Assembly (NCBI GenBank): GCA_951406725.2
Contig: OX597822.1
Coordinates: 9,796,001 to 9,860,000 of the forward strand
Direction: 5' to 3'
DNA: 64,000 nt
Origin: Octopus vulgaris
Taxonomy: Eukaryota
Every line of letters starts with the position of its first letter. Within the stretch, counting starts at the first letter, position 1. A program made the translations under genes and the position numbers. Below are positions 40,566-53,794 of the stretch, piece after piece. Below the pieces are notes generated by a model. The model was given only the letters and a program-made list of their open reading frames with translations. It was not told the DNA's origin and made no database searches.

Positions 40566-41049
40566 GTCCCATGAAAGGGAAGAATGTTACTGCTATTGAG
40601 CCATAGGAAACACCGTTTTCTGTTGGCCTTTTCTGTGTCCTTATGTTTTCAAATGGGTGATAAGCACCCCCACCCAGCAAAGCCAGTAACCAGAGACTAG
40701 TTTCAGAGTCTTTGCTCATAATCAGTCTGGAGTAGCATGACTTGCTACTGTATAAATCTCTTTGAGATGTTTAGAAATGTATAATTTCTATTTTCGAAAT
40801 CAGTGAATGTATTTCACTTGAAATATATATGTTTTCAAAGGCGGATAGGTATCGACAGCTAGCAATCCATGCTACTTCAGACTGACGATGAGCAATGACT
40901 CTGAAACTAGTCTCTGGTTAGTGGCTTTGTTGGGTGGAGGTGCTTATCTTCCCTTTGAAAACATAAGGACACACTAAATGCGCCAAGGCCAACAGAAAAC
41001 GGTGTTTCCTATGGCTAAATAGCAGTAGCATTCTTCCCTTTCATGGGAC
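40566..41049. mobile_element. Inverted pair of about 175-bp HHR-bearing repeats
   Basis: 40566-40739 is the reverse complement of 40868-41049; HHR core in both arms. Confidence 0.7.
40875..40917 (+). ncRNA. Type I hammerhead motif with weak stem II
   Basis: cuuCAGA-CUGACGA-uGAG(caauga)CUCu-GAAA-CUAG-UC-UCUGg. Confidence 0.6.
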
Positions 41050-42280
41050 TATCACATTAAGTTGACAACATACATTCAGCTATACTTAATATATCCAAAA
41101 CAACTGCTCATTGTTAAACTTTTACTAAGCACTGCTCACGTCTTTCTATCCAACGTTCACTATTCCTATCTAACATTTATTTCCTTTAATCAAATACACA
41201 CCTATTTATATTCAGCATCAACTTCTTCCTGTCCAATGTTCATACCACTAAACCCAGTGTTTATTTTTTTGCTATGATTTTATGTCACTTCTCCTTATGC
41301 ACGTTTTACTACTTTCTGTTAAATGTTCTTTTAATCAAGTGTTCACTAAGTTTTATATATGATGGCCAATTCATTAAGTAATGCCATAATCACCACTTTT
41401 CTGTTCACTTCACTGTAAACCTCTCTGTAACGGTATTATCTGTTTTTAGCTTAGTATCCACTTATTCTGATTCACATAACTCATTATACTACTAACAAAT
41501 AAACAGCACAAATCTACGTCCTTCAACGTTACTACAATTTTATCTGTAATACAGGGTAAGAAGAAGTAAACGTATAAAAGGAAGTTGTGTATCCTAAACA
41601 ATAGGAAGTAAACATAAGATGAAAAAAGCATGAACTCTGGGTTTAGTAAAGCGAACCTTAGACAGAAAGAAACGGATGCTGTCTAGAAATAACTGAACTT
41701 CTGATAAGACAGACTGAATATTAGAAAGTGGTAAACATTGGATAAATGTGAACACCGTATAATAAAAGTGATACAATGGGCAATTTTATAAAGGTGCATA
41801 AGTGCAGTTGGATATACGAAAAAGATATTGAAAATTAAAATAAAGTATGTTAAAAATCTTGAAATGGAATGAGTTAGGTACTGTGACAAATGCAGATTTT
41901 TAGGTGACACGTAACAGATACAGTAACATGCTACACCGCAGTGAAAGCAAAACTATTTGATTGACTGGCCAACACAGAAGACTTTTGATCTACAGACGAG
42001 CCAACGAGAAAGCCTTTTCGTGGTCAGTCGTGCTCCTGCTAGAAATAGTAGCCAAATTTCGTCGAATAATATTCATAAACTTTGCAAAAAAAATATGTTG
42101 GATAATGTAGTTCCCAGTTACAGATGGTTTGACTTTTATTTTTAACTGTAACACCTTTGTGCATAGCTCTGCTCGATTAGTACTGACATGGAGCTAAACT
42201 ACAAAAACCAATTTCCGACCCAGTCATGCTGTTCCCTCTCTCTTCCTCTCGCACGCTGCCTCACTGTCTGTCAATCATTT

Positions 42281-42317
<37 letters not shown>

Positions 42318-42403
42318 GTCAGCGTCTCTCTTCTCTCTCTCTCTCTCTCTCTCTCCCTCTCTCTGCGTCTTGTACCACTGCTATTACATATTGTGTTGTA
42401 AAC

Positions 42404-42686
42404 CAGTGGTTCTCAAAGTGGTCCGTACTGTCCCCTCGGGGGCAGTGTAAAAATCCAGGGCTGGCGTTAAAGAAAAGTTGGGTGAGAATGGGGTGTCCAA
42501 AATGTAAAACAGATGTGAAACAAATATTAATAGGTTAATTAGGTTTAAGTTTTATATGTGAAATACCATTGTTTTGAATTTGTTGAAGAGAGTGATCGAT
42601 ATCTGTGGTGGGGATGGGGGAGGGGTGCAAAGAATGTGGCCCGGGTACCAAGGAGGCGGCAGCCTGAAAACGTTTGGGAACTACTG
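42404..42686. mobile_element. hAT (Charlie-like) MITE
   Basis: TIRs cagtggttctcaaa / tttgggaactactg; 8-bp TSD not recognisable. Confidence 0.55.
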
Positions 42687-42898
42687 GACAACATTAAGCA
42701 ATTCTCATCCACCCCACTCGACCACATCTCGAAATATTCATTCAGCTTTGTTCATGCTTTAATCTTTGTCTCTGCCTCTGATTGCTTCAGTTATACTTTC
42801 TGGAATTTTCTCTGTGAGGGAGCCTCTACGCGATCGATCATTCTGCTAGAATTTGCGAAAAGTTTCCCTCAATTAGCACTTCCTTCTTGAAAAAAATG

Positions 42899-43308
42899 AA
42901 GGCGCAGGAGTGGCTGTGTGGTAAGCAGCTTGCTAACCAACCACATGGTTCCAGGTTCAGTCCCACTGCGTGGCATCTTGGGCAAGTGTCTCCTGCTATA
43001 GCCCCGGGCCGACCAATGCCTTGTGAGTGGATTTGGTAGACGGAAACTGAAAGAAGCCTGTCGTATATATATATATGTGTGTATGTGTTTGTGTGTCTGT
43101 GTTTGTCCCCCTAGCATTGCTTGACAACCGATGCTGGTGTGTTTACGTCCCCGTCACTTAGCGGTTCGGCAAAAAGAGACCGATAGAATAAGTACTGGGC
43201 TTACAAAGAATAAGTCCCGGGGTCGATTTGCTCGACTAAAGGCGGTGCTCCAGCATGGCCGCAGTCAAATGACTGAAACAAGTAAAAAAGTAAAAAGAGT
43301 AAAAGAGT
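42899..43308 (+). mobile_element. SINE family A, full length, little diverged
   Basis: Near-consensus copy. Confidence 0.9.
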
Positions 43309-43408
43309 ATGCATTCGATAAGGTAATCCCTTCTTTTAATTTTAGGGGGTCCACTATATTTCAGGAAATGGTGAAAGGATTAGAGGAATCTTTCAGCGTG
43401 CACAAACT

Positions 43409-43476
<68 letters not shown>

Positions 43477-44403
43477 TTTAGAGAAATTGGGAAAGGTATG
43501 TTAGAATTACTTAGCGAGTTAAGTACAATCAGGGTGATACATACGCACCTGAATTTTGGAAGCGATCATGGAGAGATCATTCTAAAATAATGAGATTTTG
43601 GTAGCATCGGAAAAGAGACAGATTTATTGTATTTAGTTAAAATCTTACGGCTTCTGATTTCGAATTACACAAAGTCAGCCTTGCTTTGAATAATTCTGCA
43701 GTGGATGAAATAAGTACCAGTTGAACACTGGGGTCGATGTTATCGACTTACTCCTTCCGCCAAAATTTGAAATCAATATTATCGATTGTGTTCTTGTACC
43801 AATGTTAGAAAGTCAATTATACTTACTTTACTTCTTAAACACACACACACACACGCATACACAAAGAACAATATTTTATGAGGGGTATGGCTGGTTGATT
43901 CCGTTGGAAATTCATCTTCTCGTTTTAGATTCTCCTCTTAGACCAACAGAAGGCAAACCGCAGTCAGGAATTGAACCTGCTATTTATTTCTATAAATACG
44001 AGATATTTCTATAAAATACGAGTTATTTACATAAATTCTTTCTCCACATCAAAAGTGTGTGTGTGTGTGTGTGAAAGAGTGAGAGAATGAATTAAATGGT
44101 GGGGGTGAAAGTGAGAGTAAATGATCAAAACGAGAAGCGGGTGGGAATAAAAGGCTAGCATGCTGGGTGGGATGTAAGGTGAAGTAGTTTCGCTGTGATT
44201 AACTCGTCTATCATAACTTCAATGGCGGGCGGGACGCGAGGAAATCAACGATGAAGATAAACTGATAACTGTCATATTTATATCTCAATCATCTTACAAC
44301 TTATCCACTCTCTTACTCGCACGCTCTGCCCCCCCATCTCCTCCCCTCTCTGCTCCTCCCTCTATCCCTCTTCTTAACTCCTACTATCTCTCTCGTCACT
44401 CTC

Positions 44404-44440
<37 letters not shown>

Positions 44441-44576
44441 GACTGTGTGTGTGTGTATACTTCTCTCGACGTTTCCCAAATTATCCGCCTTTAAGTTCCT
44501 CGCTTTCTCACTCTCGACTCTCCATTTCATTCTTGCTCCTTTATTCTCTCCTTCCTTTCTCTCTCTCTCTCTGTCT

Positions 44577-44663
44577 ACACACACACACACACACACACAC
44601 TCACTCACACACACACTCACACACACACACACACACACACTCACACACACGCACACACACTCA

Positions 44664-44698
<35 letters not shown>

Positions 44699-44701
44699 TC
44701 A

Positions 44702-44738
<37 letters not shown>

Positions 44739-44753
44739 TCACACACACACTCA

Positions 44754-44804
<51 letters not shown>

Positions 44805-44880
44805 ACACTCACTCACACTCACACACACACACACTCACACACACATTCACACACACACACTCACACACACACACACACAT
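44577..44880. repeat. (CA)n with CT interruptions
   Basis: Direct reading. Confidence 0.95.
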
Positions 44881-45383
44881 CCTACTCTTCCGCTCGCTTT
44901 GTCTCTATATATGTCTGCCGCTCTCACTTTCCCATTTTATCATTTCATCCCCCCCTCTTTATACTCGTATGCTCAATATCAGACAACAACATCCACACGC
45001 TAACAGAGACACACATATTTTTCTCTCTCTCTCTTTCTGTCTCTTCACCTCCCTCTCTGTCCGTGTGTGTCTCTCAGTCTCTATCTCTATCTGTCTATCT
45101 GTCTGTCTCTGTCTCTGTATATCTGTCTTTCTCTCTCCCTCCCCCTCTGTCAGTGTCCTTTCTTCCCTCTTTGTTATCTTATGCTTTTCTCTCTTCCCTT
45201 CAACACCTCTTCTTCCCACTCTCAATACATCTTTACATAGTTATCTCTTTGTATCTGTCTCACCTCTCTATTACTAGGCCTACCATTTTTTATTCTCCAT
45301 CTCTCTCTCACTCTCTCTCTCTGTATACATACAACTATATGTATATGTATATGTATACACACACACACACACAAAACATATGC

Positions 45384-45461
<78 letters not shown>

Positions 45462-45557
45462 CGGGAAGCTTTATGAAAATAAACAAAAGACGAAGGCAGG
45501 CGGAAAACAAACGAACAATTGTATTAGTATGGCGCTCAGGAAATATAAATAAAACAA

Positions 45558-45597
45558 GTCTTTAACGTTTCGAGCCTACGCTCTTCAACAGAAAGAT
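45558..45597 (-). ncRNA. Variant minimal hammerhead-like motif at the PLE 3' end
   Basis: UCUUU-CUGUUGA-A-GAGC(guag)GCUC-GAAA-CG-UU-AAAGA. Confidence 0.55.
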
Positions 45598-46096
45598 ACA
45601 CAGAGAGAGAAAAACACAGAAAGAAGGAGAGAAAAAAATGCGTGCAGTAGCTAACGAATCAACATGGCGATCTGATTTCGGCCAGAGGTCAAAGATCAAA
45701 CATGAGACGCGAGAGCGAAATAAGGGGAGATAATAGGGTTGATAAAAGGGTTGAGGGACCAGCTAAAAGTGCGTGGGAGGGGTCTGGATGTGTGTATGTA
45801 TAGGGTTGGTGTATGTATTAGTATGTATAAGGGTGTGTGTGTGTGTGTGTGTGTGTATGAGAGAGTATTAGTGCGTAAGATTGGTCTGGACGTGCGTATG
45901 TATGGGGTTGGTGTATGTATTAGTATGTATTAGTATGTATTAGTACGTATTGGTATGTATAGTGTGTGTGTGTGTGTGTGAGAGAGTATAAGTGCGTATG
46001 CGGGGTCTGGACGTGTGTATGTATAGGGTTGGTGTAAGTATTAGTATGTACTGGTATGTATTAGTACGTATTAGTATGTATTAGTTGGTGTGTGTA

Positions 46097-47723
46097 TTAG
46101 TATGGCACATCATATGTGATGTGATGTGTAAAGTCATGTGGTGTAGTGAGGAGAAGAGGGGGAGGGGGAGAAGAGGGGGAGAAGGCGAGGGGAAGAAGAG
46201 GGGGAGGAGAAGGGGAAGAGGAGAGGATGGGGGAGAAGGAAGGGGAGGAGGGGGATGAAGGAGGAAAGAGGGAGAGGGGGAGAGAGGGAGTGAGGGAGCA
46301 GAGGGAAGGGGAAGAGGGAGGGAGAAAGAGGGAAGAAGGGAAGGGGAGTAGGGGTGAAAGGATGAAGGACTGAAGAAGTAGGGGTCGGGGGGAGAAAGGA
46401 TAGGTGAGGAGGGGGAGAGGGGGGTTAGATGAGGAGGGGGGAGAGTTGAGACCAAATGGCGTATAAGAGCGAAGAGAGAAGATTAATTCCTGTTCACGGC
46501 GCAAACGGGAATCCGGATGGCCTCTGTGTAAGGACAAACCGAACACAGATAGGTGTTGCAAGGAGTGACCGGTGGAGCGGAAATGGCGTGAGACCGGTGT
46601 GTCGTTCGCAAGGTGGATGTCACGAAGGTGTTCCGCGAACCGGTCAGCCAAGCGGCGTCCCGTTTGTCCGATGTACAAGGAATTGCAGAGAGAGCAAGAG
46701 ATGCAATAGATAATATTGCTGGAGGTGCAGGTGAAGGAGTGGATGATGGGATAGGGTCGATGGTGGGTGCTAGTGAGGCGGGTGGTGTTGGAGAGGTAAG
46801 GGCAAGTGCGGCAACGTGGGCGGGAGCAGGGGAGCGAGCCGGGTTGGGAGGTAGGGTCAGGGAAGGAGCTATGGACCAAAAGGTCTCCAAGGTTGTGGGC
46901 TCGTTTGAAAGAGGGGAGGGGTCGGTTAGGGAAGAGGTGTGAAGTGGACGGGTCGGACTGGAGATGACGGAAAGCTCGAAGAATGGTGCGTTGGAGACGT
47001 AGGGTCGTGGGGTGGTAAGTGAGGGGAAAAGGGAGGCGGGAGACTACAGGGCGGGTTCGGGGAGAGAGAGCAGATACACGGTCCACGGACCGTGCTCTGG
47101 CAAGGGCGGTGTGGATAGTGGTGAGGGGGTATCCACGTAGGGTGAAGTGGTGAGCCATACGTTGAGACTGAGTCTCAAAGTCATGGTCGTCACTACAGAG
47201 CCTACGTAGACGGAGGAATTGGGAATAGGGGATGGAAAGCTTGGTGTGTTCTGGGTGGGAGGAAGAGAAGTTGAGGTATGAGTGTGAGTCTGTGTGTTTG
47301 TAGTGAATGGAGGTGGTAAGAGTGGAGTGAAGAATGCTAACCGAAATGTCGAGGAAGGAGACAGAGGTGTTGGAGATAGTGGAAGTGAAGTGGAGGGCTG
47401 GATGGAAAGATTGGACGAAAGAGAGGAAGGAATCGAGATGTTCGCGGGAGAGTGAGGTGGCACCGATAATGTCGTCAATATAACGACCATATAGTTCAGG
47501 AGTGGGACCAGTGAAATTAGAGAATATTTGGGCCTCAACATAGCCAACGAACAGGTTCGCATAGTTGGGGCCCATTCGCGTTCCCATGGCCACTCCCGAG
47601 ACCTGATGGTAGAACTCGCCCGCGAACGAGAAGCAGTTCAGAGTAAGGACAAGTTCGGCCAGACGAATGAGTGTGGAGGTGTCAGGTACAGGGTTAGAGC
47701 GGAGGTCAAGAAAGTGTCGAAGG
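46097..47723 (-). CDS. PLE reverse transcriptase (C-terminal half) plus Cys-rich linker plus GIY-YIG endonuclease; uninterrupted but 5'-truncated
   Basis: FYHQVSGVAMGTRMGPNYANLF, YGRYIDDII, FLDISV, IPYSQFLRLRRLCS, CSRPRCRTC, NIIYCISCSLCNSLYIGQTGRRLADRFAEH, REQELIFSLRSYTPFGLN; the first residues of the listed ORF come from flank. Confidence 0.9.
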
Positions 47724-48037
47724 ATATATATATATTCACTATACTTTAATGTATTCACTTATACGAATATTCGTATGAGTACGTATATATTTGTGTGCAT
47801 ATACATACACACATACATATATATGTGGATATATATACACATATATATGTAATAACACGACATAAAAGCAAGCACATACATACATCTGTATACATATATA
47901 TAATAAATGTTTTCTTTTATGTCGAGTTATGATGAAAACAATTTAACATTAAACTGAAGGATTACTCAATACTTTATCGACAGTAACTTCGAAGTTTCGG
48001 CAAAAGTATATGAAAAACACAATCTGACAAGACCTTG

Positions 48038-48320
48038 CAGCGAGCTGGCAGAAACGTTAGCACGCCGGGCGAAGTGCGTAGCAGTATTTCGTCTGCCGCT
48101 ACGTTCTGAGTTCAAATTCCGCCGAGGCCGACTTTGCATTTCATCCTTTCGGAGTCGATTAAATAAGTACCAGTTACGCACTGGGGTCGATGTAATCGAC
48201 TCAATCCGGTTGTCTGTCCTTGTTTGTCCTCTCTGTGTATAGCCCCGTGTGGGTTGTAAAGAAATAGGTATTTCATCTGTCTTCATGTACTGAGTTCAAA
48301 CTTTGCTTTTCATCCTTTCG
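48038..48320 (+). mobile_element. SINE family B
   Basis: Near-consensus copy. Confidence 0.85.
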
Positions 48321-48372
48321 GCTTTGGAAGCCTAGTATTTATTCTATCTCCATCACGTATGAACAATAACAT

Positions 48373-48915
48373 CACTTAAATGGCAGCCATTTTTCTGCTT
48401 CGCGTGCCGTTGCTCTTTCCAAACCTTATACCATAACACCCTCCAGAGTTTCAGACCATACTTCTCTGATTTCTCTATTGATGTTCTCCTTCAGTTGCAC
48501 CCAGGTCTCCGGTTTGTTCCCGTAAACCCTCTTTTTCCGTTATCTCCACCAGAAAAAATCCGGGCTAGTCAAGTCTGGCGAACATGAAGGCCAGCTGACA
48601 TTACCGTAGCGGGAGATTATTCTCTCTCCAAAACACTGCCGTAGCAACTGCATTGTTTTTCTTGTGATATGAGCAGTTGCCCCATCTTCCTGGAATCATG
48701 TGCGAGGTCTACTTTGAATGGCTGGGCGCAAAAAGGTCTCAATCATGGATACATGAAAGAGAGGGCATACTTCAACAAACCGGAGACCCTAGTGCAACTG
48801 AAGGAGAACATCAATAGAGAAATCAGAGATGTGTGGTCTAAAATTCTTTAGGGTGTTATGGTGCAAGTTTTAGAAAAAGCACAGGCGTGCGAAGCCTAAA
48901 ATGGCTGCCATTTAG
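48373..48915 (-). mobile_element. DD41D (rosa/Visitor-type) transposase fragment with an inverted duplicate of its 3' part
   Basis: Minus strand FQEDGATAHITRKTMQLLRQCFGERIISRYGNVSWPSCSPDLTSPDFFWW (41 residues between the Ds); 48755-48915 is an inverted copy of 48375-48535. Confidence 0.8.
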
Positions 48916-49292
48916 CACGCCGGGCGAATTGCTTAGTGATAGTTTCGTCTGCCGCTACTTTCTGAGCTGAAATTGCGCCGAGGTCGACTTTGTCTTCCAT
49001 CATTTGGTGGTCGATTAAATAAGTACCAGTTACACACTGGGGGTCGATGTAATCGACTTAAACCCCTCACTAAAGGCGGTGCTCTAGCATGTCCGCAGTC
49101 AAATGAATGAAACAAGTAAAAGAATATATATGACGGACTTCTTTCACTTGCTGTCTACCAAATCCATTCCCAAGGCTTTGGTTGGCCCCAGGCTATTGTA
49201 GAAGGAACTCATGCAAGGTGTCACGCAGAGGAACTAAACCCGGAACCATGTAGTTGGGAAGCGAGTTTCTTACCACATATCCACGCCTGCGC
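48912..49292. mobile_element. SINE B/A chimera (+) abutting a SINE A 5' half (-)
   Basis: B core joined to the A-type tail at about 49070; minus-strand A head at 49130-49292. Confidence 0.7.
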
Positions 49293-49471
49293 ATACATAT
49301 ATATATATACATATATATATATATACATGCATATGTATATATGTACAATATATGCATGTATATATATGTGTGTACAGTATATATATTTAAAATATTTATA
49401 TATACATATATATATTTATAATTTATAGATGTATATATTTATGTATACTACACATATATATAAATATACAA

Positions 49472-49875
49472 TATTCCATCAGCACTGTCCGAATGATGTT
49501 GGCATCACCTTCAAAATACATCCAAGGCTTGGACCACGTGCCATCCGTCCACAACAAAAATCTAAATCGCATCACATAACGACAATACGGCACAACTATT
49601 TCACCTCAATTGGACCCGCTCTCTTCAACATTACACCAGGACACGTCAAAAAAGAAACTGACCACACAAAATTCAAGAAGTCTTTGGACAAATTCCTTCA
49701 AACAGTCCCGGACAAACCACCCACACCCGGATATGTCTCCGCAAACAATAACTCTCTGCTCGAATGGGCCTTGGTGCCCAAATCCTGAATTGAAAGACTT
49801 CGCCAGGTGGTGCTATTAAGTTAGACATGGCCTGGGCCAATACTGGCCAAAACCTTTCTAAGTTATTCTAAGTTA
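49472..49875 (+). mobile_element. 3' fragment of a second CR1-type LINE family
   Basis: HPRLG...IGPALFNITP...KFKKSLDKFLQTVPDKP..NNSLLEW, homologous to the C-terminus of the 26491 LINE; tail (ttctaagtta)2. Confidence 0.8.
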
Positions 49876-49877
49876 TA

Positions 49878-49914
<37 letters not shown>

Positions 49915-50053
49915 TCAATATATATATATATATTATACATACATACATACATACATATACATACATATATAAATATATATATATATACACATATATATAT
50001 TAAATTTTGCATATGTAACGTTTCAAAATGGTATGATTTAAATATATTATGCC

Positions 50054-50149
50054 TTTCTTCTTCTTCTTCTTCTTCTTCTTCTTCTTCTTCTTCTTCTTCT
50101 TCTTCTTCTTCTTCTTCTTCTTCTTCTTCTTCTTCTTCTTCTTCTTCTT

Positions 50150-50209
<60 letters not shown>

Positions 50210-50344
50210 TAGTTTTATTTTTATAGCGTGCTTTCACTTCACTACCGAGCGCAGCTCTGTGTGCCTTGGGTATGTGCTGTGATTTGTTGTGATGCTCTGA
50301 TGGTTATTGTATGGAAAGTGTTCTGCGTAGGATATTATTATTAC

Positions 50345-50408
<64 letters not shown>

Positions 50409-50441
50409 GTTGTTGTTGTTGTTGTTGTTGTTGTTTTGTCG

Positions 50442-50500
<59 letters not shown>

Positions 50501-50510
50501 TATTATTATT
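50054..50510. repeat. (TTC)n, (TTA)n and (TTG)n triplet arrays
   Basis: Direct reading. Confidence 0.95.
50206..50333 (-). mobile_element. Probable 3' end of the R4/Dong-like element inside (AAT)n
   Basis: Minus strand ILRRTLSIQ* plus short UTR; would continue the ..GTAYILLK terminus seen at 7352; AAT arrays on both sides. Confidence 0.5.
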
Positions 50511-50659
50511 GTCTGGGGAGAGTCATTCCCTTTCAGTGCCTTATCTATTGCAAGCCACATACAAAAACGAAATATAGATGTATATATATATATGTCTCCT
50601 CTTGTCATTGTACGTGTATATGCGTTCTGAGTGTGAGATAAATATATAGATAGATAGAT

Positions 50660-51400
<741 letters not shown>

Positions 51401-51404
51401 ATGT

Positions 51405-51440
<36 letters not shown>

Positions 51441-51452
51441 ATATATATATAT

Positions 51453-52288
51453 ACTTATAAATAAGGGCAAACGAAAAAAATTTCTAATGCCAAATATGCC
51501 GAAAATTGGACATGTTGTCCAATACCATATAATTTATCACAATATGCACGCTACTCGAAAAAAGCTGACAGAAATTTCTAAAAAATTACATTATTACCAT
51601 ATCGGACCGATTTCAGGGTTAGTTCGTAAGAACCCTCCCTTCGTCAATGATAAATGTGGCTAAAAGAAATAAATGAGATACTTACTCATACTCATGGAAG
51701 AAGCAAAACACTAAGTCATGAGCACAATTAAGTACCCCAAATAGATCTAAAATAGAAATATGCTGGCCATTGATAAAATTTTTTTTCGAAAAAATTTTTA
51801 TCCTACATTAAATATAAATTTAAGTGTTCACTTCCGGACTCTTTCACCCTGTGAGAGCCTTAGTTCAAATCGCACGTGTCTTGAATGGGCTGGAGTATTT
51901 CTATTCTAGATGTATTTGGGGTACTTAATTGTGCTCATGACTTAGTGTTTTGCTTCTTCCATGGGTATGAGTAAGTATCTCATTTATTTCTTTGCCACAT
52001 TTATCACTGACGAAGGGAGGGTTCTTATGAACTAACCCTGAAATCGGTCCGATATGGTAATAATGTAATTTTTTAGAAATTTCTTCAGCTTTTTTCGAGT
52101 AGCGTGCATATTGTGATAAATTATATGGTAATGGACAACATGTCCAATTTTCGGCATATTTGGCATTAGAAATTTTTTTGTTTGCCCTTATTTATAAGTT
52201 GTTTATAATTTTAACCTTTAAAGGCATTTTTAATATGCTGGCCATTGATAAAATTTTTTTTTCGAAAAAAATTTTATCCTACATTATA
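51453..52288 (+). mobile_element. HHR-bearing element in inverted plus tandem arrangement (PLE pLTR-like)
   Basis: 51453-51760 is the reverse complement of 51896-52199; 51760-51810 is a direct repeat of 52234-52286; TA repeats on both flanks. Confidence 0.75.
52002..52054 (+). ncRNA. Type I hammerhead motif with long stem II
   Basis: UAUCa-CUGACGA-AGGG(agggUUCuuauGAAcuaa)CCCU-GAAA-UCGG-UC-cGAUA; mutated minus-strand copy at about 51600-51651. Confidence 0.6.
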
Positions 52289-52295
52289 TATATAT

Positions 52296-52527
52296 ATTTA
52301 TATTATATTGAGGATACTACTATTCGTATACTATTCGTAGATACCAACACGCTAAGAGGGACCAATGCGGTCAAAACTACTAAAATAAACAAAATTTTAC
52401 CGAATGCAAAACTTCAAAACACATCATTTTAAAAAAGAATTTTGTTTATTTTAGTAGTTTTGACCGCATTGGTCCCTCTTAGCGTGTTGGTATCTACGAA
52501 TAGTAGTACCCTCAATATAATATAAAT
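52296..52527. repeat. Near-perfect inverted repeat of about 90 bp
   Basis: 52296-52396 versus 52438-52527. Confidence 0.9.
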
Positions 52528-52649
52528 GAATATTTTCAAAGAGGAAGATTTTACGGATTTTTTCTCTTACGAGGTTTTTCACGCTGACTACTGATAATTT
52601 CTTTTAAAGATTTTATCCTCAATTGTTAATTTATATATATATATATATA

Positions 52650-52749
<100 letters not shown>

Positions 52750-53556
52750 TATAGATAGATAGACAGAGAGAGATAGGTAGATATATATTTCCTACTGTCT
52801 AAAAATATCTAAGACCGCAAACATTTCTATACACATTTTTCTTAAATTTCAATATTCCGTTATTATTATTAACCCACAAACTGGAAGACGTTAAGATATC
52901 TAGTGCACAGTCTATTAGACAGCGGTCGACAAAATATTTCATAGAGTCATTGACTGACTGGATGTTACTACACACACACACTCACATACACACACATACA
53001 TACACACACACACACACAGAGATATAACATGTTATAATTTATTACACGCAAATTTATACGCACACACACGTGCCCCCCCCACACACACATAGACACAGAT
53101 ATATCAAGATGATTTATACATGAATATTTTTACATTAATATTTTTATGAGCATAATCATATGAATATATTTTTGATATGAATATTTTCACATGCATATCT
53201 TGTAATATAATAGTTCTTTTTTTGTTGGGACTGGTTGTTTCATATGATTATTTTTGGTTATATTTAGGAATAATTTTATATGAGTATATATCTATGCATT
53301 CATGCATTTATCCATACATATATGCATATGTGTGGGTTTGTGCCTATATATATATATATGTACGTGTATGTATGTGTATATTTATATATATGTAAATATT
53401 TTAAGAAGTGCATTTTTTGTAGACTTTTTTCTTTTTTTCACGTCTTTTTCCAATTATCTTTTGTGTTATCCTTATTGCTTAGATGAAAGATAAGCTACGA
53501 GAGAACGAGAGAGATAGCCTGATAGAACGAGAGTGATATAAAGTTAAATAGATAGC

Positions 53557-53794
<238 letters not shown>

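Larger units (their letters stand above)
45461..47723 (-). mobile_element. 5'-truncated Penelope-like retroelement (Neptune-type) inserted in (TA)n
   Basis: RT plus GIY-YIG ORF, low-complexity 3' region, HHR-like motif near the 3' end, TA repeats on both flanks. Confidence 0.92.

Noticed and set aside
46097-46440. Pro/Ser/Leu-rich C-terminal extension of the PLE ORF
   Set aside because: Read-through into a pyrimidine-rich tract after the conserved GLN terminus; unlikely to be a functional domain
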